Shown here: positions 26,093 to 34,816 of the stretch, one piece after another
Numbering within the stretch: the stretch's first letter is position 1
How the letters are laid out: each line of letters begins with the position of its first letter
DNA from: Candidatus Omnitrophota bacterium
Lineage (GTDB): Bacteria > Omnitrophota > Gorgyraeia > Duberdicusellales > 4484-171
DNA length: 64,000 nucleotides
Assembly: GCA_003154195.1 (NCBI GenBank)
Contig: PMCS01000029.1
Span: forward strand, 304,960-368,959
Direction: 5' to 3'
Position numbers and translations under genes: made by a program
The notes under the pieces: generated by a model
Told to the model about the DNA's origin: nothing
Seen by the model: the letters and a program-made list of their open reading frames with translations, nothing else
Databases searched by the model: none

Positions 26093-26578
26093 ATGGATAA
26101 GAAATTATATGAGGCGATTAATGACCAGATTAACAATGAGTTGGCTTCAGCGTATTTGTATTTGTCGATGGCGTCATATTTCGATTCAATGAACCTTGGT
26201 GGTTTCGCGCATTGGATGAAGAAGCAGGCTAAAGAAGAGCATAAACACGCGATGAAGTTTTATGAATTTTTGAACGATCGGAATGAAAGGGTAGTTTTAA
26301 AAGCGATTGCTCAGCCAGCGACGGAATTTTCTTCCGCCTTGGAAGTATTTAAGAAGACGCTTGAGCATGAAAAAAAAGTTACTGCTTTAATCGATAATAT
26401 TTATGCGATTGCCAAAAAAGTTAACGATAACTCCGCGGAAGTAATGTTGCATTGGTTTATTAATGAGCAAGTGGAAGAGGAAAAGAGTCCCGCGACGATT
26501 TTGGAAACACTTAAGATTATTAAGGCGGAAGGCGCGGCATTGATTATGTTGGATAGGGAATTGGCCAAGAGAGAATAA
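26093..26578 (+). CDS. ftnA: Non-heme ferritin
   Basis: INDQINNELASAYLYLSM, EEHKHAMK, HEKKVT, WFINEQVEEE; SD AAGGAGG. Confidence 0.92.
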   Translation: MDKKLYEAINDQINNELASAYLYLSMASYFDSMNLGGFAHWMKKQAKEEHKHAMKFYEFLNDRNERVVLKAIAQPATEFSSALEVFKKTLEHEKKVTALIDNIYAIAKKVNDNSAEVMLHWFINEQVEEEKSPATILETLKIIKAEGAALIMLDRELAKRE

Positions 26579-26684
26579 TATTATTTTTTGCTGCGCAAAA
26601 AATAAATGGCATCTGCTTCGCGGATGGGGGCAAAGAAATAAGGAATAAATCCTTTAGAATATTTAAGAAAAGAGGAAGTTAAGA

Positions 26685-26825
26685 ATGAAAAAAAAGAAAG
26701 CTAAAAAAACAAAAACTAACGTTTGTTCGGTTTGCTGCGGCGTAAGCGCTAAAAAATCCAAATCAAAAACTAAATGTTGTCCGACTTCGATGACTTCCCG
26801 GGATAGAGGAAGTTGGAATATTTAA
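26685..26825 (+). CDS. Unannotated 46-aa Lys/Cys-rich miniprotein
   Basis: MKKKKAKKTKTNVCSVCCGVSAKKSKSKTKCCPTSMTSRDRGSWNI*, SD AGAGGA 8 nt upstream. Confidence 0.45.
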   Translation: MKKKKAKKTKTNVCSVCCGVSAKKSKSKTKCCPTSMTSRDRGSWNI

Positions 26826-26892
26826 TGAGATTTGCACCGCGTACTACTAATTAAGCTAGCGCGGTACGAGTGTAGTCAAACTGCGGTGGATA

Positions 26893-28113
26893 ATGAATTT
26901 GTTTAACGCCTTCCTCTCCGAAATAATCAATCTCTGGCTTGACGTGTCGCCGTATTTGTTACTGGGTATTGTTATTGCCGGGTTCATGCATTTATCCGTC
27001 GGCAGGGAATTCATTACCCGGCAGCTCGGCAAGGGCGGTCCGGCTTCGATTATCAAAGCTACGCTGATCGGTATACCATTGCCGGTTTGTTCCTGCGGGG
27101 TTATTCCTTTAGCCGCGGCTTTACGCAAAGACGGTGCGCATAGATCAAGCGTGCTTTCCTTTATGGTGTCCACGCCTACCACCGGTATCGATTCGATCAT
27201 GGCGACCTATTCGCTTTTGGGGCCGCTGTTCGCGTTTTTTCGGCCCCTGGCGGCCCTTGTATCGGGAATTTTAGTAGGTCTGGCTGATTATTTTATTGAA
27301 GGCAGGAAAGAAAAAAACATTCCGTTTATTAAACATGAGCACGTCAAAATAAAACCGGTGTTTAAACTGAAAGAATTTTTTAGATATTCGTTTGTGGAAA
27401 TACCGCAGGATATCGGCAGATGGTTGATCATCGGCACAATTATCGGCGCGGCCATTTCCGCATTCATCCCTAAAGGACTATTTTCACATTACCTGGGTTT
27501 TCCTCTTGATTATCTTGCGGCAATCGGCATCGGTATCCCTTTGTATGTTTGCGCTAGTGGTTCTATCCCTATCGCGGTTTCGTTGATGGCTAAAGGTATT
27601 TCCGCCGGCGCGGTACTGGCTTTTTTGATTACCGGCCCGGCTACCAACGCGATTACCCTTTCTTTCGTTCGCGCTAAACTGGGCAAAAAATCTTTCTATA
27701 TTTATCTGGCCAGTATTATTTTTACGGCAGTCACCTTAGGGTTGATTTTCGATAAGTTGTGGATTATTTTTCGCGGCAATCCCGGGTTTTTCGCGCCGGG
27801 CGGGGAGATGGTGGCGATGCCGTTTAAATCAGTTTGCGGGATATTTTTGTTGATAATTATTATTAATTCCCTGTTTAGAAAAGAACAGTGCGCGATTAAA
27901 CCGGATATTGTTATTTACGTGGACGATATTCATTGCCGGCAGTGTAAAATCGCTTTAGAAAGTAAAATCAGCGAATTAGCGGGGATCGAAGAGGTTTTCG
28001 TCGATATCGGAAACAAAAAGATAATTATGCGCGGAATTGTCGAGAAAGAAAAAGTTTTCGAAAAAATAAAAGAAGCGGGGTACCATCCTAATCCGGATAG
28101 ACCGCAACGATAA
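26893..28113 (+). CDS. SO_0444-like permease (DUF318) with C-terminal HMA domain
   Basis: PLPVCSCGVIP, STPTTGIDS, PLYVCASGSIP, GPATN; DIHCRQC HMA motif. Confidence 0.88.
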   Translation: MNLFNAFLSEIINLWLDVSPYLLLGIVIAGFMHLSVGREFITRQLGKGGPASIIKATLIGIPLPVCSCGVIPLAAALRKDGAHRSSVLSFMVSTPTTGIDSIMATYSLLGPLFAFFRPLAALVSGILVGLADYFIEGRKEKNIPFIKHEHVKIKPVFKLKEFFRYSFVEIPQDIGRWLIIGTIIGAAISAFIPKGLFSHYLGFPLDYLAAIGIGIPLYVCASGSIPIAVSLMAKGISAGAVLAFLITGPATNAITLSFVRAKLGKKSFYIYLASIIFTAVTLGLIFDKLWIIFRGNPGFFAPGGEMVAMPFKSVCGIFLLIIIINSLFRKEQCAIKPDIVIYVDDIHCRQCKIALESKISELAGIEEVFVDIGNKKIIMRGIVEKEKVFEKIKEAGYHPNPDRPQR

Positions 28114-28148
28114 AGGAAAAAACTCATTCCGGTTGGTTGACAGAATTT

Positions 28149-30782
28149 CTATACCGTTAAAGTAATTTCTATGAAAATTTCTTTTTTATTCAATTTTTCG
28201 ATATCTTCTTTTTTAATAACGCATTGACTTCCGGTTCCGGCGATGATTTTTCCTTCCAGGCTTATATTTTTAATCCGCAATATCCCCAGTTTTTTGTTTT
28301 CCGCTGTTAACCGGAAATTATATTTTTTGCCGTCGCATTCAAACGATACCCCGATATTTTTTTTAAAAAAGTTTTTCCCGGTAAGTTTCGGTTCAATGGC
28401 TAAATCGCCCATCAAAAATTTTATCCCGATTATCTCCTCAATAAGGGTATAGACATACCAGCTGGCCGAGCCGGTGAGGAAAAAGTAAAGGCCTTTTCCC
28501 TGACGGTTGAAATATTCGGGAATCATTGGATAAATCCTGCCGCTTGTCGTCGACATTTTGTAGATAGAGTTGATTACTTCGAAACCTTCTTTGATATAAC
28601 CCTGCTTGTAGAGGGCATGGGCGAACATTACGGCCATGTGGCTGAAGACAGCGCCGTTTTCCTTGTCGCCGTAAGAAAAACCGAAGGCCCGGCCTAAATC
28701 CATATAAACATCGCCGAAATCGGTGTTGAGTCTGAACCCGCCGAATTTTTTGTCGAGAAGGTATTTTTTCGCCGCTTGCCACATTCTAGGGATTTGGTCC
28801 GGGCCGGCGACGCCGCTCATAATGGCAAAAACCTGCGGCGGCAGCATCATGTTTATTCTCTTACCGGTTTGGCCTTCCACGCGTATGCCTTTGTTGTCGT
28901 AATAGCCGTTAAAGAATCCCGGTTCAACCCATTCGTGTTCTTTGAGCCAACGGGAAGAATGCTCTCCCTTTTTTTCCAAGTCGGCGATCAGCGTGTTGAC
29001 GGAGATATCGATTTTTTCTCCGCTGGGTAATTCCGAAGCATGGAAATAGTCGTTGAGCCGGTTTTGTTTTTCCTGGACGCAGTCATAATTTATAGGCGTA
29101 TTCAAAGTGTCTAGAAGAATGATTAATTCTTTGGATATTTTCATAATATTTGTTTTTTCTTGGAGTTTTTTCAAGAAAAAACAAATATCTTTTAAATTAT
29201 CGCTGTACATAAAACTGAAGGTCACGCTTTCGCCCAAGTCCGGCGCCATGTCCAGACCGTCGTTCCAGTCGGCATTTTCCAGGCGCGTAACATTATGGTT
29301 ACCGACATTAAAAAATTGGACCAGCTGTTGAAGCAGGACATGTTCTAAGACGCTTGATTTTAAAACGTTCCCTCCCGCGTCGCGCTGTAAAAAATCCTTT
29401 TGGATAAATGAAGCGTCAATTTTTTTCGCCCGGTGAAGCTGATGGTCGCGAAAATAAGGTATTTCTTCAAGCAAGAGGTTTAAGTCCCGTGTCCGGTTGA
29501 GATACGATTTGAGCGTAAGATACGGCCAGACGCCGTGGTCCATCCATACCCGCGATATTTTGTTCCGGTCGGCAATAAAGTTTCCTTCCTGGGAGATAAT
29601 GGTTGCGTTGGAGCCGTCCAGCCGGACGCCGGAAAAATTATTTAATATTAACGCCCGCGCTTTTTCCGGTTCGGTCAATAATAAAGTTAAAGCGTCCTGC
29701 CATAAATCGCGCCAGCCCCGGCCGCCTTTGCCGTAATCAAAATGCGGCAGGAACGAACAGCCGAATAGTTTACGTAACGTCGGTTGGAATTTTACCCACA
29801 TCAGCCAGCCGTTAAAATCGCGGTTGGAGAAATCAAAGCTTATTTTGGCGAGATAATCAAGCCAGTATTTTTTAGTTTCCTCGAACGATCCGGCTATTTT
29901 TTCCGGATAAAAGAATCGTTTGGTCAGCCGATTGATTTCTTCATGGGATTGGGCGATGCCCATGATTAAAAAATAAGTTGTTGTTTCACCTTTTTTTAAA
30001 GTTTTTTCGGCAAAGCGTAACCCTGCGCAAATTTCTTTTCCGGCAAATTCGGCTTTATCTTTTTTCTGAGGTTTTATATTCTTATATACCGCGTCGGGCG
30101 TCATTATATCACTTTCGCCCAGGAAAATATCGAGCGTAGGGAATTGTCCTTGCGGCGCGACGGCATTATCCTGATAGCCAAAAACAAAATAACTGGTCCG
30201 GTTTTTACTATGGCCTTTTTCGTCAAAGACCATTGTCGGCGTTAAGACTATGCCGTTTTTAGTCAGCTGGACGCGATTAAGCAGGGAGCTCACGTGACGA
30301 TGGTCGCGCAGATTTTTTTCGCCGCGGCCGAATAAAGGCAGAAATGAGGTCGGCAATAATTTGAGGGTATTTTTTGAGATATTTCTTATTTTTATCTGCA
30401 TTATTTCGCAAGAGGTATCATGGGGAACGAAGTTGGTTATTTCCGCGGCAATATTTTTTGTTTTTTTGATGATTTTATGATAAAGAAAACCGGCTTCCAG
30501 CGTGTCTTCGTCCCACGCTTGGGATAAACGCAGAATTTCATTATTATTTATTTTTAAGAAGAAATCACGGCGGCAGAGAGGGCTGCAGCGCAGGTCTTCG
30601 CTGCTCGCGGGTACCGTAAGAAAGGTGGCGTTATTTTTTTTGATATCCCCGGATAGATTGGGGCCGATGGCGCTTAAAATATTCCCGTTTTTATCAGTAA
30701 GGGGAAAATAAAGGTTATATTTTAACGGATTTTTTACGATAAATGTTCCCTTGTCGTCGATAAATTTATAAATCATTTGCAC
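28149..30782 (-). CDS. GH94 glycoside phosphorylase (laminaribiose/cellobiose phosphorylase-like)
   Basis: DYGKGGRGWRDLWQD, ADWNDGLD, GESV, KENGAVFSH, TGSASW. Confidence 0.85.
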   Translation of the reverse strand: MQMIYKFIDDKGTFIVKNPLKYNLYFPLTDKNGNILSAIGPNLSGDIKKNNATFLTVPASSEDLRCSPLCRRDFFLKINNNEILRLSQAWDEDTLEAGFLYHKIIKKTKNIAAEITNFVPHDTSCEIMQIKIRNISKNTLKLLPTSFLPLFGRGEKNLRDHRHVSSLLNRVQLTKNGIVLTPTMVFDEKGHSKNRTSYFVFGYQDNAVAPQGQFPTLDIFLGESDIMTPDAVYKNIKPQKKDKAEFAGKEICAGLRFAEKTLKKGETTTYFLIMGIAQSHEEINRLTKRFFYPEKIAGSFEETKKYWLDYLAKISFDFSNRDFNGWLMWVKFQPTLRKLFGCSFLPHFDYGKGGRGWRDLWQDALTLLLTEPEKARALILNNFSGVRLDGSNATIISQEGNFIADRNKISRVWMDHGVWPYLTLKSYLNRTRDLNLLLEEIPYFRDHQLHRAKKIDASFIQKDFLQRDAGGNVLKSSVLEHVLLQQLVQFFNVGNHNVTRLENADWNDGLDMAPDLGESVTFSFMYSDNLKDICFFLKKLQEKTNIMKISKELIILLDTLNTPINYDCVQEKQNRLNDYFHASELPSGEKIDISVNTLIADLEKKGEHSSRWLKEHEWVEPGFFNGYYDNKGIRVEGQTGKRINMMLPPQVFAIMSGVAGPDQIPRMWQAAKKYLLDKKFGGFRLNTDFGDVYMDLGRAFGFSYGDKENGAVFSHMAVMFAHALYKQGYIKEGFEVINSIYKMSTTSGRIYPMIPEYFNRQGKGLYFFLTGSASWYVYTLIEEIIGIKFLMGDLAIEPKLTGKNFFKKNIGVSFECDGKKYNFRLTAENKKLGILRIKNISLEGKIIAGTGSQCVIKKEDIEKLNKKEIFIEITLTV

Positions 30783-30953
30783 CCCCTGTTATTTTAAATT
30801 GGACATTGAGCATCTATTAATTATTATTAAGCAGAGAAGTTTATTTTTTTTCGCCCAGGATAAAATAAATTTGGCCGGAATAGGAGTTTATAAGGCCGAA
30901 TTTATTTTACACCAAATTTGCTATTTTTCATTAATATTTTTTGCTAATTCGCC

Positions 30954-30982
30954 TTGACAAGCGGCGTATTATGTTTTATAAA
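30954..30982 (+). promoter_or_regulatory. Putative promoter of pilin 1
   Basis: TTGACA-N17-TATAAA. Confidence 0.55.
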
Positions 30983-31075
30983 TAAAGGGGGAATACTAAG
31001 TTGCCCTCATTATATAATTACTACCCCTCGGAAAAACGTAAGTGTTATCGCACTCAATAAAGGCGGTATGGGCCA

Positions 31076-31447
31076 ATGATGGTAAATTTCTGCAAAAAAC
31101 ATAAAAAAACAGCTTTTTTAAAGGGGTTTACCCTTATCGAATTGATTAACGTTATCGTGATTATCGGGATTCTTGCCGCAATCGCGGTTCCCCGGTTTCT
31201 CAACTTTCGCGATCAGGCTACGTTAGCAAGAGACCAGGGAGTTTTAGCGGCCTTAAGGTCGGCAATCTATCTTTATTATGTGCAAAGCGCCGCCCAGTGT
31301 AATGCTTCTTCTTCCTGCGACGCTTTCTATCCGCCCAACACCACTGTTTTGGTCGGCCTTGTCCACTGGGATCCTCCCGACCTCGCTTGTCAATATAATT
31401 GGACTCTTACTGACGGGTCGCTGGCCAAACCTACCTTTTGCCCATAG
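31076..31447 (+). CDS. Type IV pilin (pilin 1)
   Basis: KG|FTLIELINVIVIIGILAAIAVPRF; 4 Cys in the head domain. Confidence 0.9.
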   Translation: MMVNFCKKHKKTAFLKGFTLIELINVIVIIGILAAIAVPRFLNFRDQATLARDQGVLAALRSAIYLYYVQSAAQCNASSSCDAFYPPNTTVLVGLVHWDPPDLACQYNWTLTDGSLAKPTFCP

Positions 31448-31530
31448 GCCGGCAGGGTTTTTTCCCTTTCGCAAACGTTTAAATAAAACTTTAAACTGAG
31501 ATTATTTGCGGTTGCCTGTTACCGATTGCC

Positions 31531-31559
31531 TTGACTTTCAGCAAAAAATATGTTACATT
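31531..31559 (+). promoter_or_regulatory. Promoter upstream of the riboswitch
   Basis: TTGACT-N17-TACATT with TG extended -10. Confidence 0.6.
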
Positions 31560-31614
31560 TTAAGTGAAGAAAAAGGCCGTTCTTTACAATCAGGCGAATG
31601 TTTTATAAATACAT

Positions 31615-31806
31615 AATACTCGATAAGAGCAAACTCCGGGTAACCGGAGGACGCAAAGCTACGGATCCTTTGCAAAATACCAAAGAACCTAAAAACTAAA
31701 TAACAAAAATGCTTTAATCTTATATCTTAGTTTTTGGTTCTTTAATCGCCCAGGTTTTAAGTTTTTTGGTATATGCCGTAAGGATTGCCGGGTTGCCGAA
31801 AGTGTT
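31615..31806 (+). ncRNA. GEMM-I (c-di-GMP-I family) riboswitch, A20 variant (c-AMP-GMP-type), with ~110-nt insertion in P3
   Basis: A-GCAAA-CTCCGG-GTAA-CCGGAG-GACGCAAAGCTACGGATCCTT...AAGGATTGCCGGGTTGCCGAA; P1 AATACTCG/CG-AA-AGTGTT. Confidence 0.85.
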
Positions 31807-31832
31807 TTTAGCTTAACGGTGAGAATCTATGC

Positions 31833-31873
31833 GCCGGACTGCTTTTAGTTGAGTGGCCCGGCATTTTTTATTT
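31833..31873 (+). terminator. Riboswitch expression-platform terminator
   Basis: GCCGGACTGCTT...GAGTGGCCCGGC followed by ATTTTTTATTT. Confidence 0.6.
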
Positions 31874-32025
31874 AATGAGACTTCGCCGTAATGAAACTTG
31901 CCCGGTACCCAGGGCTTAGTTGAATTAGCAAGCCCGAAGGGCGTAGCGGGAGGCGGTAGTCGAATCAATGAAACTAAGTCCCGCCGTATTCGGCGGGCCA
32001 AGTTTCATTGCCCCGAAGGGGGTTT
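31872..32025 (+). mobile_element. TTAATGAGACTT-family miniature repeat, longest copy
   Basis: Shares ~50 nt with copies at 32594 and 62365 and a different segment with 44234; internal hairpin CAATGAAACT..AGTTTCATTG. Confidence 0.6.
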
Positions 32026-32158
32026 GAGATCGTTGGGAAAATAAAAAAACTTGACAAATCGGCTATTACTGCTATCCTTAAAATAAGGGTGTGTTCTTAT
32101 TATATATTAACCATATTTCCCTGCAGGGGTAGGGAAATAAAAAAAGGAGGTGGGTCAG

Positions 32159-32539
32159 ATGCTTAAGTTTAGAAAGAGCAAAGGTTTTACTCTCATTGAG
32201 TTGATCATGGTCATCGTTATCATCGGTATTTTAGCGGCAATCGCGGTTCCTCGGTTTGTAAACTTACGTAAGGACGCGAGAAAGGCCCAGTGCGAAGGCA
32301 GCGTAGCGGCAATCAGGGCGGCGCTTTCCAATTATTTTGCTTATTGGTCGGTTAACAGCGCTCATTATAACGGCAATTTTCCTGCCAGCATTGGTGCTCT
32401 TGATAATTATTTTCAAGATAAGGCAGAGCCGTCGTCTCCCGGTTGGCTCAATGCTACTGCTACTTGGAATAGCTATTATACTTCAGGCCAGACCGGCACG
32501 ATGAACCAAAGTGCCGCATGCGACGTAAACAACTTCTAA
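32159..32539 (+). CDS. Type IV pilin (pilin 2, probable major pilin)
   Basis: KG|FTLIELIMVIVIIGILAAIAVPRF; strong SD AAGGAGG; own promoter TTGACA-N16-TATCCT (32051-32078) and terminator. Confidence 0.92.
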   Translation: MLKFRKSKGFTLIELIMVIVIIGILAAIAVPRFVNLRKDARKAQCEGSVAAIRAALSNYFAYWSVNSAHYNGNFPASIGALDNYFQDKAEPSSPGWLNATATWNSYYTSGQTGTMNQSAACDVNNF

Positions 32540-32561
32540 CGACATTTAGGGAGTTATTTTT

Positions 32562-32595
32562 AAAAAGCCCCGCATTTTATGCGGGGCTTTTTTTT
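32562..32595 (+). terminator. Intrinsic terminator after pilin 2
   Basis: AAAAAGCCCCGCAT-ttt-ATGCGGGGCTTTTTTTT. Confidence 0.9.
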
Positions 32596-32642
32596 AATGA
32601 GACTTCACCGTAATGAAACTTGCCCAGTACCCCGGCTTAGTT
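32594..32642 (+). repeat. TTAATGAGACTT-family repeat copy
   Basis: ttaatgagacttcaccgtaatgaaacttgcccagtaccccggcttagtt. Confidence 0.75.
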
Positions 32643-32986
32643 TTATTGCCCAGCGCTAATTCTGCGCAGTAAGATAGAGGGATGCAGCCAATTTTTTCTC
32701 GGACCGAAAAAACGGCAACCTGCTTCGCAATTCTTGAGAAACAGTTTGAACGCAGGTGTTTTTGTGGCCCAAAACAACGCTAAAAAATTTTTATCCATGT
32801 TTTTTTAATCCTGAGCGCCGGATTTTTGGTATATAGTAATTATCTGTCCGGTAAATTTGTCTGGAACGATAAGGTTTTGATAGGGGTAACACCTATTTAA
32901 GAAACTGGTCTAAGTAAGCGGTTAAGCGGGGAGTTAAACTTTACCGCAGGTTTCAGTTGTTCGGCGGTTATCAGGATTTACAATAG

Positions 32987-34645
32987 TTAACGCTGACGAT
33001 ATTTTTTCAGGTCTTCGGAGAATTGGGAGGTTGGTTTTGATCCTAATTCGGCCGCCCTGTCGCAATGCTTTATGGCTAAATTATATTTTTTCTGTTTATA
33101 ATAAAGCGCTGCCAAGTATTGATGCGCGTTGGCGTTGCCGGGTTTTTTCTTCAAGAGTTTTTCAAAAGCGTTTATCGCCTCTTCTATCCTGCCCGTTTGA
33201 AAGTAAACTATACCCATGTTATTAATATTATCCGGATATTCGGGATTTATCGCAAACGCTGTTTCAAAAGAAATAATCGCTTCTTTATATTTCCCTAAAT
33301 TAGAGTAGATGACTCCCAAATTATTGTAGGCGTTTACCAGCTGCGGTTCGATTTCTATTGCTTTTTTGTAAAAAGTCACAGCCTCTTGATATCGGCCAAG
33401 CTGATTATATTCATTGGCAAGGTTAAAATAGGGCCTGGCGCTACGGGGCGAATATTTTATCGTTTGCCGATAAAATCCTATCGGTTCCCGCCAATAGTAA
33501 TTTTGCCGGGCTGTTAAATAACAATAGGCGATTATTAGTAAAATAGCCGCTCCGGCCGTTATTATTTTGTATTGCCGGTTGCTGTAAATTTGGGTAAACC
33601 ATTTTCCCAGAATAAGGAAAAAGCCTACGGAAGGGACATATAAAAAATGTTCTGCCATATAAAAAGTAAGGGGAGGATAAATATTCGCGACCGGGATAAG
33701 CGTTATAAAAAACCATAAAACGGCAAACGATACTAAGGGGTTTGTGTTTTTTCTGCGCCCGGCATAGGCGATAAGGCAAATTGTTGCGCCTACGCCGGCA
33801 ATTGCCTGAGGGTGGCTGAATTTGAATAACTGGTTGCCGTATTCCATGTGCAGGTTCCAGGGAAGAAACAGCAACCGCAAATAGCCGGCTATGGCCACAA
33901 AGAAGCCCGGTGTCCTTTTCCAGGCGCCGGCAAGCAGGGATAAAGGAATGGCCGCCGATTTAGACACCGCAAGCCTTAAAAAAAGATAAACCGACAGTGT
34001 CGTTATTATCAAAAGAAACGCTTTGCCGTTGATTTTTCTTTTAAAAACGACGTGGTAGAGTAATATCAAAGCAGGAAAGACGATGCTGCCTTCTTTTGAT
34101 AACAGCGCCAATCCGTAAGTTAAAAAAGTTAGAAGATAAAGGGACGCGCCGGTAAGCCTGATATAGCAAATAAAACAAAGCAACATAAACAGCAACGCTA
34201 AAGAATCTGCCCGACCGGAGATATAACTTACTGCTTCCGTGTGTATGGGGTGAACAACAAAAAGCAAAGCGGTCAAAAAAGCAAGGAGCCTGTCGCCGAA
34301 GAGGCAGGCAACCAGCCGGAATAAAGCCAAAGCGGTTAAAATGTGCAAAAGAAGATTGGTTATATGGTAGCCGACGGGATTAAAGCCCCATAAGCGGTGA
34401 TCAAAGCTGTAGCTAAGCAGTTGCAGCGGGCGGTAAAAATAAGAAGGCGCATCGGTGTCCCCGATAGTTTTGGTAAAAACGGATTTTATGCCCGGACCGC
34501 CGCGGAGCGCGGGGTTGTTTTTAACTAAAGTTGTGTCATCCCACAAAAATTGGCCTTGAAATGAATTGTAGTAAGCGATAACAGCGGCGGCGATGATAAG
34601 CAAGGAAAAAAAAGTATAAGTTTTGTTTAATCCGAAAACTGCCAT
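32987..34645 (-). CDS. TMTC-like GT-C protein glycosyltransferase with TPRs (#1)
   Basis: WDD, YRPL, HPIHTEAVSYISGR, LLSKE, AEHFLYVPS, C-terminal TPRs. Confidence 0.85.
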   Translation of the reverse strand: MAVFGLNKTYTFFSLLIIAAAVIAYYNSFQGQFLWDDTTLVKNNPALRGGPGIKSVFTKTIGDTDAPSYFYRPLQLLSYSFDHRLWGFNPVGYHITNLLLHILTALALFRLVACLFGDRLLAFLTALLFVVHPIHTEAVSYISGRADSLALLFMLLCFICYIRLTGASLYLLTFLTYGLALLSKEGSIVFPALILLYHVVFKRKINGKAFLLIITTLSVYLFLRLAVSKSAAIPLSLLAGAWKRTPGFFVAIAGYLRLLFLPWNLHMEYGNQLFKFSHPQAIAGVGATICLIAYAGRRKNTNPLVSFAVLWFFITLIPVANIYPPLTFYMAEHFLYVPSVGFFLILGKWFTQIYSNRQYKIITAGAAILLIIAYCYLTARQNYYWREPIGFYRQTIKYSPRSARPYFNLANEYNQLGRYQEAVTFYKKAIEIEPQLVNAYNNLGVIYSNLGKYKEAIISFETAFAINPEYPDNINNMGIVYFQTGRIEEAINAFEKLLKKKPGNANAHQYLAALYYKQKKYNLAIKHCDRAAELGSKPTSQFSEDLKKYRQR

Positions 34646-34816
34646 CGGGCGTCGTTTTATCCTTAACCCATGGGGTTTTTTAAGTTATAGAGAAACCGGT
34701 TGTATCCCCAAAGTCTAAATGTTTTTCGGTCGATATTGAAAAATCCCTTTAAGTTTTAGATTGATTTGATATACTTATTAATAATAAATCTAAATAATAA
34801 GGGTGTCAAATAAATT

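Noticed and set aside
26822-26870. Additional TTAATGAGA repeat copy
   Set aside because: Only 9 nt match; the downstream sequence is unrelated
31813-32001. 62-aa minus-strand ORF
   Set aside because: Lies over a repeat element and the riboswitch terminator
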